Both the position numbers and the translations under genes were made by a program. DNA of 63,709 nucleotides, filler included, from Reclinomonas americana ATCC 50394 (Eukaryota), in the NCBI GenBank assembly GCA_048213135.1. It is 11 parts of 8 records of this genome, joined end to end, with 100 filler letters (N's around TTAATTAATTAA, not from the genome) between each part and the next. Parts side by side here need not be neighbours in the genome. Positions count along the whole stretch, not along the records: positions 26,196 to 34,903 come from PS015723.1; positions 35,004 to 45,789 come from PS015724.1; 9 more parts are not named here. The stretch is one strand, 5' to 3'. Below, one piece after another: positions 26,207-37,695 of this stretch (position 1 is its first letter; every line of letters begins with the position of its first letter). The notes below the pieces were generated by a model. The model was not told the origin of the DNA and searched no databases. It saw nothing but the letters and a program-made list of their open reading frames with translations.

Positions 26207-28428
26207 ATGGTTACACAGCGCGGACGGAATTGCAAGCAAAAACGAAGGGTTACCTCGCTTCTCTTTTCCTTCCTTTCATGAGTGTTCCACGTGATATTCA
26301 GCTTGAAGGCGGCGCCTTCGAGTCGACCAGCTCGACAGTGATCAAGGCCAAGTACTTTCCGCAGTACTCGGCCGTGCTGGCCATCTCCACCATTGTCTCT
26401 TGCTACTTGATCTCGGGCGCCCTCGGACACACTCAGGTGAGCGCATCTGTCGCGTGAAAGAGGGAGAGAGCGGGAGAGAGGAAGGAGAGCGCGCGCGCGT
26501 GTGCGCGTGAGAAGTGTTGTTTTGGACGATATGTCATGATGATGGTCATTTGGCGCGATGTGATGTGATGGGGGTCGCCGTGTACGAGAGGCGAAGAGAG
26601 GAGATGTGTGTATGAGAGAGAGAGAGAGGGAGAGGCTGGTGTGCTGGTCATTTGATTGAGAGTCATTCACTGCTCTCACACGCACGGACTCTCTGTTGTT
26701 CTCACTCTCCGCTCGCACACACGCACGGACTCTGTTCTCTGCTACTCTGTGCGTGTGTGTGTGGCTTGCTGTCTGTCTCTCACCCTCCCTCTCTCACTTT
26801 CTCTCACACACACTTGCACACTTTGTCATCCTTCTTCGCACTCCCTCTCCACTGCCATGATCCACTCACTCAATCACTCTCTTGCGCGTCTTGTTTTGCT
26901 GACACAGTGGTGGCTGCCCGGTGAGTCTCGCTCCGCCCTTCTCTCTTTCCCAGCTCTCTTCTCACTCCCGCTGCTCAGACATTACGCACACGGCCATTAA
27001 CATTCCGAGCTCGTACATTTTCCGCATTGGCATGCTGCCGTCGTCGTGCGCGCTGGCCGTCACCTGGTGGCTTGTTGCGTCGCTTGTTCTTTCTACACAC
27101 ACGCATCTACATACTCGTCTGCGACTCATCGTGTGCTCGCCAGACGTGCTCCATGATTGACCGTCTGCGCCCGTCGGCGCCCACTGGCACCATCCTCGGA
27201 CTCGGTGTGACGGCGTCGTGCTGCCTGATTGTGTCGTCGTCGGTGCTGGAGGCCGACGGTGTCTCGTGGACCGTGCATGTCGGTGCGTCTCTCGTGCTTC
27301 TCGCGTGTGTCGGTAGGTGCAGTGACTTACTGTTTGTGTCTTGCAGTGTGCGCCACCTCGTTCTTTGTGAGTGCAGCGTGGCGGCATTCTGTAATGTGGC
27401 ACCATCACTCACTTGTTGTTGTGTGTGTAGATCCTCACCTGGATCGCCCAGCTGTTGACGACGCTGTCGCTGCGCCAGGCGTACGCACGCGATCACACCT
27501 GCCTGTCGTCTGGCTCCATCAAGGCCAAGACCTCCCTCACCGTAATTGTGTTTGTGCTGCTGCTGGTGGATGCGTTCTCTGGTCTGCTGGCGGCGCACAG
27601 CAAGTTCCCGCTGGTGAGAGTGGGAGGAGACACAGTGGAGTGAGCGAGCGGCACTGTGTGTGCGTTGGTTTCAGTTCTGTTCTGGCTGTCGCAACCCTGT
27701 CTTGGGTGGAGACAAAGTGGAGTGAGCGAGCAGCACTTGTGTTCGTTGGTTACAGTTCTGTTCTGGCTGTCGCAACCCTCTCTCTTCCATGGGCACGTTC
27801 TCCGTTCCTCCTGTCTAAGTCGAATTCTAAGAGGCGCACATGCAATGGGAAAGGGAATCACGAAGAAAGAAAGAACGCTATTCCTGCGGTCGTTTATTCA
27901 CTCCCTTACATCCTTCTTCGCTCATTCCTTGTGCCACGTGAGCTCTGATTGCCTATGTCTCCTTTCCGCTCCCTCCTCTTCAGTTATCGTTCACGTTTCT
28001 GTTTCTCCTGGTCACCCTCTCCCCTGCCGTCCTTTCTCTCTCTTTCCTCTCGTCTCCTTACAGCCCCTTCCTATCACGTATCTTTCCCCATTTCTCTCTC
28101 CACTGTTTCCTTTCCGACATATTCACCTTCTCCTTCACTTCCTTCCTCCTTTCCCACCCTTTCCCCTACCCTCCCTTCCCCTCTTCTCCTCACACCCTCT
28201 CTCACCCCCTACAGGGCAACGTGTGCGAGTGGACAATGACCATCCTCATCATTTCGTTGCGTTTCTTAATTCCGGTATGCACTCCCCGCTCTCCACTCTC
28301 TTCCTCACTCCAACCACAGCTACAATCTGACGTACATTGGCGACTTTGGCAACCGCCTCACGGCCTCGGCGCTCTTTGCCAAGCCGTCGGCCGCCAAGCG
28401 CCTGGTGGACTCGTCGATTGCCATCTGA
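26207..28428 (+). CDS. Frag1/DRAM/Sfk1 (TMEM150-like) multi-pass membrane protein; start uncertain
   Basis: WWLPDITHTAINIPSSYIFRIG, WTVHVVCATSFF, GNVCEWTMT; hydrophobic helices; includes exons of 13 nt (26908-26920) and 20 nt (27347-27366). Confidence 0.75.
27635..27782. repeat. Intronic tandem duplication, 82-bp period, about 2 copies
   Basis: GTGGAGTGAGCGAG at 27635 and 27717, each followed by CAGTTCTGTTCTGGCTGTCGCAACCCT. Confidence 0.85.
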
Positions 28429-29335
28429 GAAAAGAAACAGCGCGGAAGCAGTCCCTTGAAACTTGAGTTGCAGGAGATCAGTAACAGACACGCAATGTTT
28501 GCACCCCACCTCTTCGTGAGTTGTGCGGTTTATTGGGTGGATCGCTAGTCGGGCAACAAGCACAAGCAAGTGTGTGCATCATCTTCACCGACATGAAAAC
28601 GGCGCGTGAAAAGCAGCATGCGAGTGGAGATGATCGCTCGTGAAGTTGTTGCCACAGTGTATGTTATGTAACAGCACAGTGTACCCACGGGTTCAGGGTT
28701 CGAGTGACGTCGATCGTCGCCAGGCTGGTGTCCGCTGGGACCCGTATTCGATTTCGATCTCGTCGCAAGAGCGATCGCAGTCGCACTCTTTCCTCTTTCC
28801 CCCCGTCACACTTGAGCACTCGTTCACAGTTGAACACCTGACAAGCTTTCTGCAGTCAAGGTTTGTGCGCTGCCTTCGTCTCTTCGTTCTTGTGTTCTCC
28901 TCGATCTTTCTTCACGCTGTCACTCTCTCTTTCTCCCATTGAGTGTTCCACCGACACACCCTTTCGACTCACCCCTCCCCACCAGCGTACCTGTGCAATC
29001 CCCCTCTTCCGCCCCTTCCTTGCACATGTCTTGATTGTTCCGATGATCACCACACTCCCTTCCCCTCGCAGCCTTTACCCTTGCACTCCTTCCCTCCCTC
29101 CCCCTCCCTCCCTCTCTCCCTCCCTCCTTCTCTTGCTCTCCTCATCGACCCCCACGAGAACCCCTCCCCGCACATTCGCTTCTTCCCAGTTTTCCGCGTC
29201 TCCCGCATATTCCCCTTTCCCCACGTGCACGCTCATCGCACACCTCTGTGCTTCTCCTCCAGAAGCACGTGGGAAGTTGACTACCCCTGTGCACAGTGAT
29301 TGCGTCAGCGACTGACACAATCCACACTAGTGCAG

Positions 29336-31013
29336 ATGTCTCGTCCGGATTCTCCGGCCTCTTTCCACTCGGCGCCTGATCGTCCGCCGGCTCGTGACGC
29401 CGCCAGTGTGCCGCCGCTCGTGTCAGTTGCGTGGCAACAGTGACAAGCCTCAAGCGATTTCCCCGCCCGCTCACTCACAATGCTTACGTCATCAGCAGGC
29501 GGAGCAAGCTCGCGCACGACCGCTGCAGCCGTTGTATCGCCCACCGAGCTCTGCCTCGTATCACAGCTCCCGGTCGTTCCCCGAGTTCGCCATGCCTCCG
29601 ACGCCGCCGCCCATGCGGTCTGAGGCGGTCGTGAACCGACCGGCTGCGCCAAGTTGAGTTGTCTCTGCTCCCTCTGCTGTCTGGGCAGAATGAGCTCACT
29701 CTTGTGTGACTTTCACAGCTCCCGACGCGACCCCGACCAAGCTCCCTCCGTCGGATTCCCCACCGGACGACCGTGGCCACGACAGACGACGCCGTGGTGG
29801 CGGTGGCGATGGTCGTCGTGGTCGAGCAGGTGGTGCCGGTGGTGGAGCGCGAGGTTCTGGCGGCGGCGCCGTTGTGCCCGTACGCAACGCCGCCAACAAC
29901 TACAACAACGTTCCCGGTCGCGAGTTGATTCCGCGCGATCCGAGTCCCGAAGTCGTGCAGGTGCGTGTGTTCGGATAGTCGTGACAGGTGTTTTCCTCTC
30001 AGCTCATCACGTCTCTCGCAGCGTTCCTACGGCTCCTCGCCAACGTGGAACGATGCCGATCGCCGACAGGTCGCGCGACGCGACTATCCGTACGGCGGAG
30101 ACTGGGCGCTGTCGGCCATGGACGACGTGGAGCGCGTCGGTCAGTCCATGATGCAACGCATGCACAGCACCATGGAGAGTTGCGTGCAAAGGACTGCGTG
30201 TGTGAGTCTCAATGCATTGTCTCACTGTCTCTCTCGCAATCGCTGCCGCACAGACATGTTCACCAACATGCAGCGTGCATTCGCCGACGTGAACCTCGGC
30301 TATCCGGACGCACTGTGGGACTCCATGGCGCCGAGTCGCGAACCGCTGCGCATGCAGGCCAGTTCGCCGTCGAAGCCCTTGCGGTGCTTCACGACCACAC
30401 GTACCACGCGCGGCACTGGAGGGGTGTGTGTGCATGCGCGGTGTGATGCGAGCGCTGAACCTGTGGCAGTGTGCTCACTGTCGTTGTGTGCGCGCAGGTG
30501 ATTGAGACGGAGCGCATCAGCAAGGACTATGAGGCAGGCACAGAGCAGCGAGTTGCGTGGCCTACCAAAGTGCCTTTGTCAATCGATATAGTGCTGACGC
30601 TGTGCTGCACAGTGGGTGAAGCGCGAGGCGAACGGAGCGGCGCACACAGTGGTGAGTGAAACGCTGAGGAATTCGCCAGTTAGACAACAGGTGTGCTTAC
30701 TGACCGGTTCGTGAACAGGGCTACGTTCGCGATGCAAGCGGGCGCGACGAGACCATTGACTACGTGGAGAACATGGACGAAGGTTTGCTTGCCACCTTGT
30801 CTGCCTAGAAAGACTCTCTCCTGTCTTTTTCTGACGTCGCGTGCAGCCCATCGAACCCAATTCGACGACGCCTGGAACGCCACGTACGAGCACTCGCTGC
30901 CGGCTTGGAGCCGGCGCAACCACCCCGAGTACCGCGCTCTGCAGCAGCAGACATTGCCGCCCTCCGTCATGCGCCTGCCGGCCATCACCGCCAGCGCCAG
31001 CGGACGCCGTTGA
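29336..31013 (+). CDS. Myeloid leukemia factor (MLF)-like protein with a Pro-rich N-terminus
   Basis: Spliced C-terminal region TTRTTRGTGGVIETERISKDYEAGTEQRWVKRE...GAAHTV...DETIDYVENMDE...TQFDDAW parallels the MLF domain pattern (GG.KET...D...G.E...AH......F...W). Confidence 0.7.
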
Positions 31014-31061
31014 TCGACAGGCAACAGCGAACGACAAGAAGAAGAACAGCACGAGAAGAGA

Positions 31062-32784
31062 ATGGCGGTTGTAAACATGTGTTTGACGCAAGTTCAATCA
31101 TGGATCGTCAAAGCAATCACGAGAGCCGGCTTGCAAATTGGTTCTTTCTCCGAACACTCCGTCTCTCTCTCTTTTGTTTCACGCACGCACAAGTTGCGCA
31201 CACCGTCTCCACTCCCTCCCACCCACTCCCTCTCTCTCTCACTCACTCTGACTCCCTCACAGTGTCACTCGCACCAGTGATCGACACCGGCGACACCGTC
31301 ACATTTCGTTGGCCTGTGAGTGACAGCGCCTCACAGTCCTCCTCCGTGCTGGTCACTGGCAGCTGGGACCGATGGTCGTCGCGAGTGCCACTCGATCGAC
31401 GAGTGACAGTCACTGCCTTGTCGGAGGCACACACAACAACACCAAGTGATTGGTGGGAGGCGAGAGTATTCATCCCCTCGGATGTGGTGCAGATCGAGTA
31501 CAAGGTGAGCGGGGAGAGTGAGTGAGAGAGAGTGAGAGTGAGAGAGTAAGAGAGCAAGCAAGGACATTTTTGGCTTCTGTCATCGTTTCCCCTGCATCAT
31601 CATCACTCGTGTGTTCACTTTGTGTTTCCACACACACATCGACACGCACGTACACACACACACGTGAGCATCGCGCCTTTTGTTGCTGATCGAATATTCG
31701 CATCTTCTTCCCTTGCAGTTCATTGTCAATGGCATTTGGTTGTTGGATCCGGCGGCGCCGACGGTGACTGCGCCCGAGGGCTACATCAACAACGTGCTGC
31801 AGTTGGAGGATATGGTGGCGCGACGCATTCGTGAGGCGCAGGCACGTGAGCGGCAACGACGGGAGGAGGAGCTGAAGGAGAAGGAGAAGCAGGATCGACA
31901 GGTACGTGCGCGGAGGTCGGGCGCTGTTTTTTTCCCCTCCACTGTGCGCGACTCATTGCGTGTGTTGGCAGCCGTGGCGATGCAGGTGCTGTGCTAGTCA
32001 GCGTCGCAGAGACTCTCTGCCGTGCGCTTACCTGTGTTTGTGTGGGGTGCGCAGGAATTGCTGGGGCACAGTGTCAAATCTCACTCCGGGTCCTTGTCGG
32101 TTCCATCCAGTTGCGAGTCTGAATCTACGTCCACTGCTCTGCGTGCGTTTCTCACCCCCCATTTTCCTCGATGCACAGGGCCGGGTGTGTGCTCTTTGGT
32201 GCTATTGTTGTCGAATCATCTGTGCGACCCACTGACATGCATTCCATTTTTTGTTCCCTTGCTGTCTCGGTGGATTCACGGACACAGTGTGTGAGTTGTC
32301 GTTGTCTAGCCGTGTGTGCCTCTGTTCTCTCGCACTGACGTGCTATTCATCCCCGCAGATTGTGCGTTATCAAGTGTCTTGCAAACGTTGTTGTTGTCGG
32401 TGTTCCTTTCTGACACATCTGCGTTCCATCTCTTGTCGACGCGTGATCCGCTGTGCAGGGAGTGCGTTGTTTTCGTGTTCCTTTGTGATTCTGTGCCATT
32501 GTGCTGCTGCTCACATGCTTCGTGTCTGCGCAGAGAGTTGTGTGCCTGGATGCCGTGTGCGTGTGTGGTGCATGTTGACTCACTTTGCGTTTCTCTCATC
32601 TCCATGACGCACGACAACTCAAACAGCGAGTTGCGTCTGGAGCGCTCTCCCGTGATTGTGCACTGTCCGCGGCTAAACTGCGCGTGTATGTGTGCGTCAT
32701 GTGCAGTGGGCCTGCTGCGGATCCGATCCAGAGGCGACCGGCTGCAAGTTTACTCAATTCCACGAGCGTGAAACCCCGGATTAA
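31062..32784 (+). CDS. CBM48 (AMPK-beta-like glycogen-binding) + coiled coil + CHORD/Btk-like zinc-finger protein, built with 3-nt micro-exons
   Basis: VTFRW...VLVTGSWDRW...IEYKFIVNGIWLLDP...GYINNVL is CBM48-like. The spliced C-terminus is PWRCRNCWGTVSNLTPGPCRFHPGRCIGRRWACCGSDPEATGCKFTQFHERETPD*. Confidence 0.8.
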
Positions 32785-33239
32785 ACCGCCTCGCTCTCTC
32801 CTCTCACCACTCTCTAGACGTGAGTGCACATGCTGTGCTATTGCTGCCTCGCAACATGCGACCTTACTTCCTCTCCTGTGCAGTCAAGGCGCGGCGGCGC
32901 GAAATCTCTGTGGTGCGGTTCTGCTGCCTTGAAACGTTCAGGGTGGAAATAGTCTGCTGATCGCCATCCATGTGTACCGCAGTCGAATGTTGTTGTTTCT
33001 TACTCGTGTTAATCCCGTCATCTTAACTCCACTCTGGAATCAATGGTGCGTCGCGTTTGCTTGCACGAGTCCGCGTTGTTGGTTCTGTTGCTCACGAGTC
33101 GTTCTTGTTTGGTTTCGCAGTACTGATTGTGTTTTGTTGCATCCCAGCGTCCATACGGACCCGGTGTCTTGAGTTGGTCTTGCATTTTTGGTTGCCTGCA
33201 CTTGGTCTTGATCTCTGCTGCTGCTCACTCTGCCATCCG

Positions 33240-33440
33240 CCTCGTCCCCCTACTTGCTCGTCCCCCTCTTCCCCCTTTGTTGACATTCTTCTTCCCCCTT
33301 TGCACTTGCTCGTCCCTCATTGTGCTCTTGCTCGTCCCCCACAGTCCCCCCTTGTGCACTTGCTCGTCCCACCTTTGTACACTACTCGTCCCTTCTTTGT
33401 GCTCTTGCTCGTCCCTCTGTGCACTTGTTCCTCCCCTCCT
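33240..33440. repeat. Minisatellite, unit of about 20-22 bp (TTGTGCACTTGCTCGTCCC)
   Basis: CTTGCTCGTCCC and variants recur about 8 times. Confidence 0.8.
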
Positions 33441-33754
33441 TCAGGTCCCGATTCTCATATATACAAACAATGCGTCGGGACCATTCATTCAAAATCGGTG
33501 TCTTTAGTGTCGCGCCAGAGTGGCTCCCACTTNNNNNNNNNNNNNNNNNNNNNNNNNNNNNNNNNNNNNNNNNNNNNNNNNNNNNNNNNNNNNNNNNNNN
33601 NNNNNNNNNNNNNNNNNNNNNNNNNNNNNNNNNNNNNNNNNNNNNNNNNNNNNNNNNNNNNNNNNNNNNNNNNNNNNNNNNNNNNNNNNNNNNNNNNNNN
33701 NNNNNNNNNNNNNNNNNNNNNNNNNNNNNNNNNNNNNNNNNNNNNNNNNNNNNT

Positions 33755-34300
33755 TTAGGGGGCCGAGAAGGGCGAGGTCTGGCAGGTGAGGCCAGAGTAC
33801 GAGCCACAGCAGTTGCCGTTGCCGAGGTGCTGCGAGACGCCCGGGCACGAGGCGGTGCCGGCGGCCACGTCGGGGTAGTTGTTGCAGGCGTAGTGGCACT
33901 GGCAGGTCAGGTCAGCCTTGCAGTAGCCGTTGCTGTTGCAGGCGCCCGGGGCGTCAGTGCACGCCGGGGTCGGTGGTGGCGGCGGTGGCGGGGGGACCGG
34001 CCACACAGCGGGGAAGGGCGAGTTCTGGCAGGTGAGGCCAGAGTACGAGCCGCAGCAGTTGCCGTTGCCGAGGTCGTCGGTGCCGGGCGGGCACGGCGAG
34101 GTGCCAGCGGCCACAGCGGCGTAGTTCTTGCAGTTGTAGTAGCACGAGCAGGTCAGGTCAGCCTTGCAGAAGCCGTTGCTGTTGCAGGCACCCGGGGCGT
34201 CGGTGCACACGCCAGCCGGCGGGTACACAGCGGGGAAGGGGGAGATCTCGCAGTTGGCACCCGAGTAGTAGCCGCAGCAGTTGCCGTTGCCGAGGGTGTC
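33755..34300 (-). CDS. Secreted Cys-rich tandem-repeat protein (10 Cys per 74-82 aa unit), C-terminal part
   Basis: Repeats of CxYxCxNYxxVAAGTxxCP...LGNGNCCGxYSGxxC..SPFPAV..CTDAPGACNSNG[FY]CKADLTC with DNA periods of 246 and 222 nt; stop at 33755. Confidence 0.85.
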   Translation of the reverse strand, partial: DTLGNGNCCGYYSGANCEISPFPAVYPPAGVCTDAPGACNSNGFCKADLTCSCYYNCKNYAAVAAGTSPCPPGTDDLGNGNCCGSYSGLTCQNSPFPAVWPVPPPPPPPPTPACTDAPGACNSNGYCKADLTCQCHYACNNYPDVAAGTASCPGVSQHLGNGNCCGSYSGLTCQTSPFSAP

Positions 34301-34320
34301 NNNNNNNNNNNNNNNNNNNN

Positions 34321-34425
34321 GTCGCCGTCCTCGCCTTGTGCGTGGCCGCTGCCCTTGCCTGCAACTACAACTGCAAGAACTACGCTGAGGTCGCCGCCGG
34401 CACCGTGCCGTGCCCGCCCGGCACC
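34321..34425 (+). CDS. Signal-peptide end and first repeat of the same Cys-rich protein (inverted segment); probable start MSKILF at 34886-34903
   Basis: VAVLALCVAAALA followed by CNYNCKNYAEVAAGTVPCPPGT matches the repeat unit. Confidence 0.7.
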
Positions 34426-35003
34426 NNNNNNNNNNNNNNNNNNNNNNNNNNNNNNNNNNNNNNNNNNNNNNNNNNNNNNNNNNNNNNNNNNNNNNNNNNN
34501 NNNNNNNNNNNNNNNNNNNNNNNNNNNNNNNNNNNNNNNNNNNNNNNNNNNNNNNNNNNNNNNNNNNNNNNNNNNNNNNNNNNNNNNNNNNNNNNNNNNN
34601 NNNNNNNNNNNNNNNNNNNNNNNNNNNNNNNNNNNNNNNNNNNNNNNNNNNNNNNNNNNNNNNNNNNNNNNNNNNNNNNNNNNNNNNNNNNNNNNNNNNN
34701 NNNNNNNATTCGATGCACTGACGTTTTTGGCAAGCGTAGCCATGTTTTTCCCCACCCCATATTTGGCCAGGTGGTGTAATTTTTCCGGCCAGCGGCTCCG
34801 CGCCGCACATTGGCGGGATTCCGAGGCCACGAGCATTATTCATATCTTTCTCACTCACCTCGAGAGAGCAGACCACCTCCCCAAAATGTCCAAGATCCTC
34901 TTCNNNNNNNNNNNNNNNNNNNNNNNNNNNNNNNNNNNNNNNNNNNNTTAATTAATTAANNNNNNNNNNNNNNNNNNNNNNNNNNNNNNNNNNNNNNNNN
35001 NNN

Positions 35004-35830
35004 CACTATTTTGGCGAGTTCTCTCTCGTGCGCCAAGCGACACAGCAGTGCTGCGCGCGGCTGCCTGCTTTGAATTTCTTTGCCAAACAGCTTCACGAAC
35101 AAGATCCGGAAGAGGGAAATCAATCATCGTCATCATCAGAACTCGATTGGTTGTGCGTCCTGCTTTCGCCGTATCGCAAGCAGGCAGGCAGACAGACAGG
35201 TCACTCTCTTTTTTCTCTCCGTGCACCACCTCTCACGTCGTTGCGTCGCGTTGCAGCAGTCGCGAATCGCACGATCGTGATCAATTTTTCCGATCGCGTC
35301 GACGTAATCAAACTTGCTGAATTTGGTGAGCCCCTCTTTATGGATGTGGCCAAACGCAGCGAGTGTAGTGTCGAGGGTCGAGGGTGCTTGTTGGTTGCAC
35401 GCCTGTATGCATATGCATTCTCCCCACCACCGTCTCGTGGATGATCAGCTGCGGCTTGCACAACCCACTGCATGCTTTGTGACAAGGGAAGACCATCGCA
35501 GCGAGCGAGAGTGCTCGATTGGTTGCACGCCAGCGTATCCATGCCATTCTTCCCCTCCACCGTCTCGTGGATGATCAGCTGGAGCTTGCACAACCCACTG
35601 CATGCTTTGTGACAAGGGAAGACCATCGCAGCGAGCGAGAGTGCTCGATTGGTTGCACGCCAGCATATCCATGCCATTCTTCCCCTCCACCGTCTCGTGG
35701 ATGATCAGCTGGAGCTTGCACAACCCACTGCATGATGTGTGTGCTGTCACTGCCACCACTGAAGCGACTGTGACGACGCTACCTACATCACAACAACAGA
35801 AGGGCAAAGCATCGAGTGTCGAGGGTGCAG
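35004..35830 (+). repeat. Dispersed repeat element, left copy (inverted relative to 45149-45789)
   Basis: Shared blocks such as GATCAATTTTTCCGATCGCGTCGACGTAATCAAACTTGCTGAATTTGGTGAGCCCCT and GTCACTGCCACCACTGAAGCGACTGTGACGACG. Confidence 0.9.
35391..35734. repeat. 130-bp tandem repeat (about 2.6 copies) inside the left element copy
   Basis: CGTCTCGTGG at 35431, 35561 and 35691 with near-identical intervening sequence. Confidence 0.92.
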
Positions 35831-36114
35831 CCTGCATGGTCATTCCTTCACGTCCCAGTCGCGATCGCCAGCTTATGCACCAGGAGAGTGACAGACAGAG
35901 AGAGAGAGAGGGAGCGAGAGGGAGAGAGAGACAAGAGTGCGAGATCTGATCATGAGTGAGATCCGATAGTAAGTAGCATTCCCTGAGAGCACTTTTGCTG
36001 CACCCACTGATCCTGTCCGCCCTCTTCCACATCTCCAACCCCATCTCCACCTCTCTCTTCCCCTCGAGCTCGCCCGGGTCTCGAGCTCCCTGCGCGATCG
36101 CTTCGTTGTGCCAG

Positions 36115-37620
36115 ACCGTACAGCCAGCACCATTGCCTGTCCGCCGCTGGCGAAACAGCAATCACCCAGCGTGCTGCGTGCGAGCGCGTTCATCGTTGTG
36201 TCAACAGTGTGATCGCGCGCCAAATTTCATTCCGCACACGCGCACACACCTTCTCGTTCTGCGATCGCACCGCCATGCAGTCGACATGCGTTGTCGGCTG
36301 GGGTCGCAACGCACAGCGCCAGGTACGCTGCGCGAGCGATACAACTCTCACCACATGCCGCTGATCACCTTGTGCATCGCGCCAGTTGTCTCTCGCCGAC
36401 GACGACCACCACCAAGAGATCCTGTCGCCGACGGTCATTGTCGCGCAGTCACAACGCACGCTACAGGCAGTGTCCTGCGGGCGAGAGCACACGGTTCTCT
36501 TGTATGGTGAGGCGAATGATCGCTGTATATACATCGTCGCTGGGATCGCAGCGATCACTCGCTGACCTACTCGCGCACGCAAAGACGACGGCGAGTTGGT
36601 TGTTCATGGACGCCTGTTGCGTCACGAGGCAGGTATACTGCCGGGGGTGTGGAGTGTGCCGATGCAGAGTGGCCTCCGCCTGCAGGCTGTGGCATCGGGC
36701 GACACTCACTTGATTGCGTTGTCGGGTACATGTGTCTATCACGCTCCCTCTGCCACTGGAAGGGCGTAGCTGACGCCTGCTGCAGACAACAATGTGGTGT
36801 ACTCGCTTGGTACGGGCGATGTCCTTGGGCGGCAAAGCACGCCACCGGCAGCTGGATTGGACAGTCGGTGTGCTGTGCGCGGTCTGGAACATGAGTCGAT
36901 TGTGCAGGTGAGTGGAAGGAGAAAGAGAAATGGAGGAAGCGCATGTACTGATGGCGTGGATGCAGGTTGCCGCTGGGGCGCATCACTCGCTCGCGTTGAC
37001 AACCACTGGCCGCGTCTATAGCTGGGGGAAAGGTACGGAATCTGCGTGTGTGGTCGTGCAAGCCGTGATGTGCCAACGCGGGAGACATGCAGGCAACTTT
37101 GGTGCTCTCGGGCTCAACGAAAGCACCCTATCGGTGACTACCGCCACTCTTGTCGCCACTCTGCGGCATGTCGTGCGTTTTATTGATGCTGGAGGTAAGT
37201 GGTCGCTGTTCTTCCTGACCTTCCTTTGCNNNNNNNNNNNNNNNNNNNNNNNNNNNNNNNNNNNNNNNNNNNNNNNNNNNNNNNNNNNNNNNNNNNNNNN
37301 NNNNNNNNNNNNNNNNNNNNNNNNNNNNNNNNNNNNNNNNNNNNNNNNNNNNNNNNNNNNNNNNNNNNNNNNNNNNNNNNNNNNNNNNNNNNNNNNNNNN
37401 NNNNNNNNNNNNNNNNNNNNNNNNNNNNNNNNNNNNNNNNNNNNNNNNNNNNNNNNNNNNNNNNNNNNNNNNNNNNNNNNNNNNNNNNNNNNNNNNNNNN
37501 NNNNNNNNNNNNNNNNNNNNNNNNNNNNNNNNNNNNNNNNNNNNNNNNNNNNNNNNNNNNNNNNNNNNNNNNNNNNNNNNNNNNNNNNNNNNNNNNNNNN
37601 NNNNNNNNNNNNNNNNNNNN

Positions 37621-37695
<75 letters not shown>

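Noticed and set aside
28686..28760. tRNA-like or B-box sequence GGTTCGAGT
   Set aside because: No cloverleaf or acceptor stem could be formed by eye.
35391..35734. CRISPR array
   Set aside because: Whole units are repeated; there are no unique spacers.
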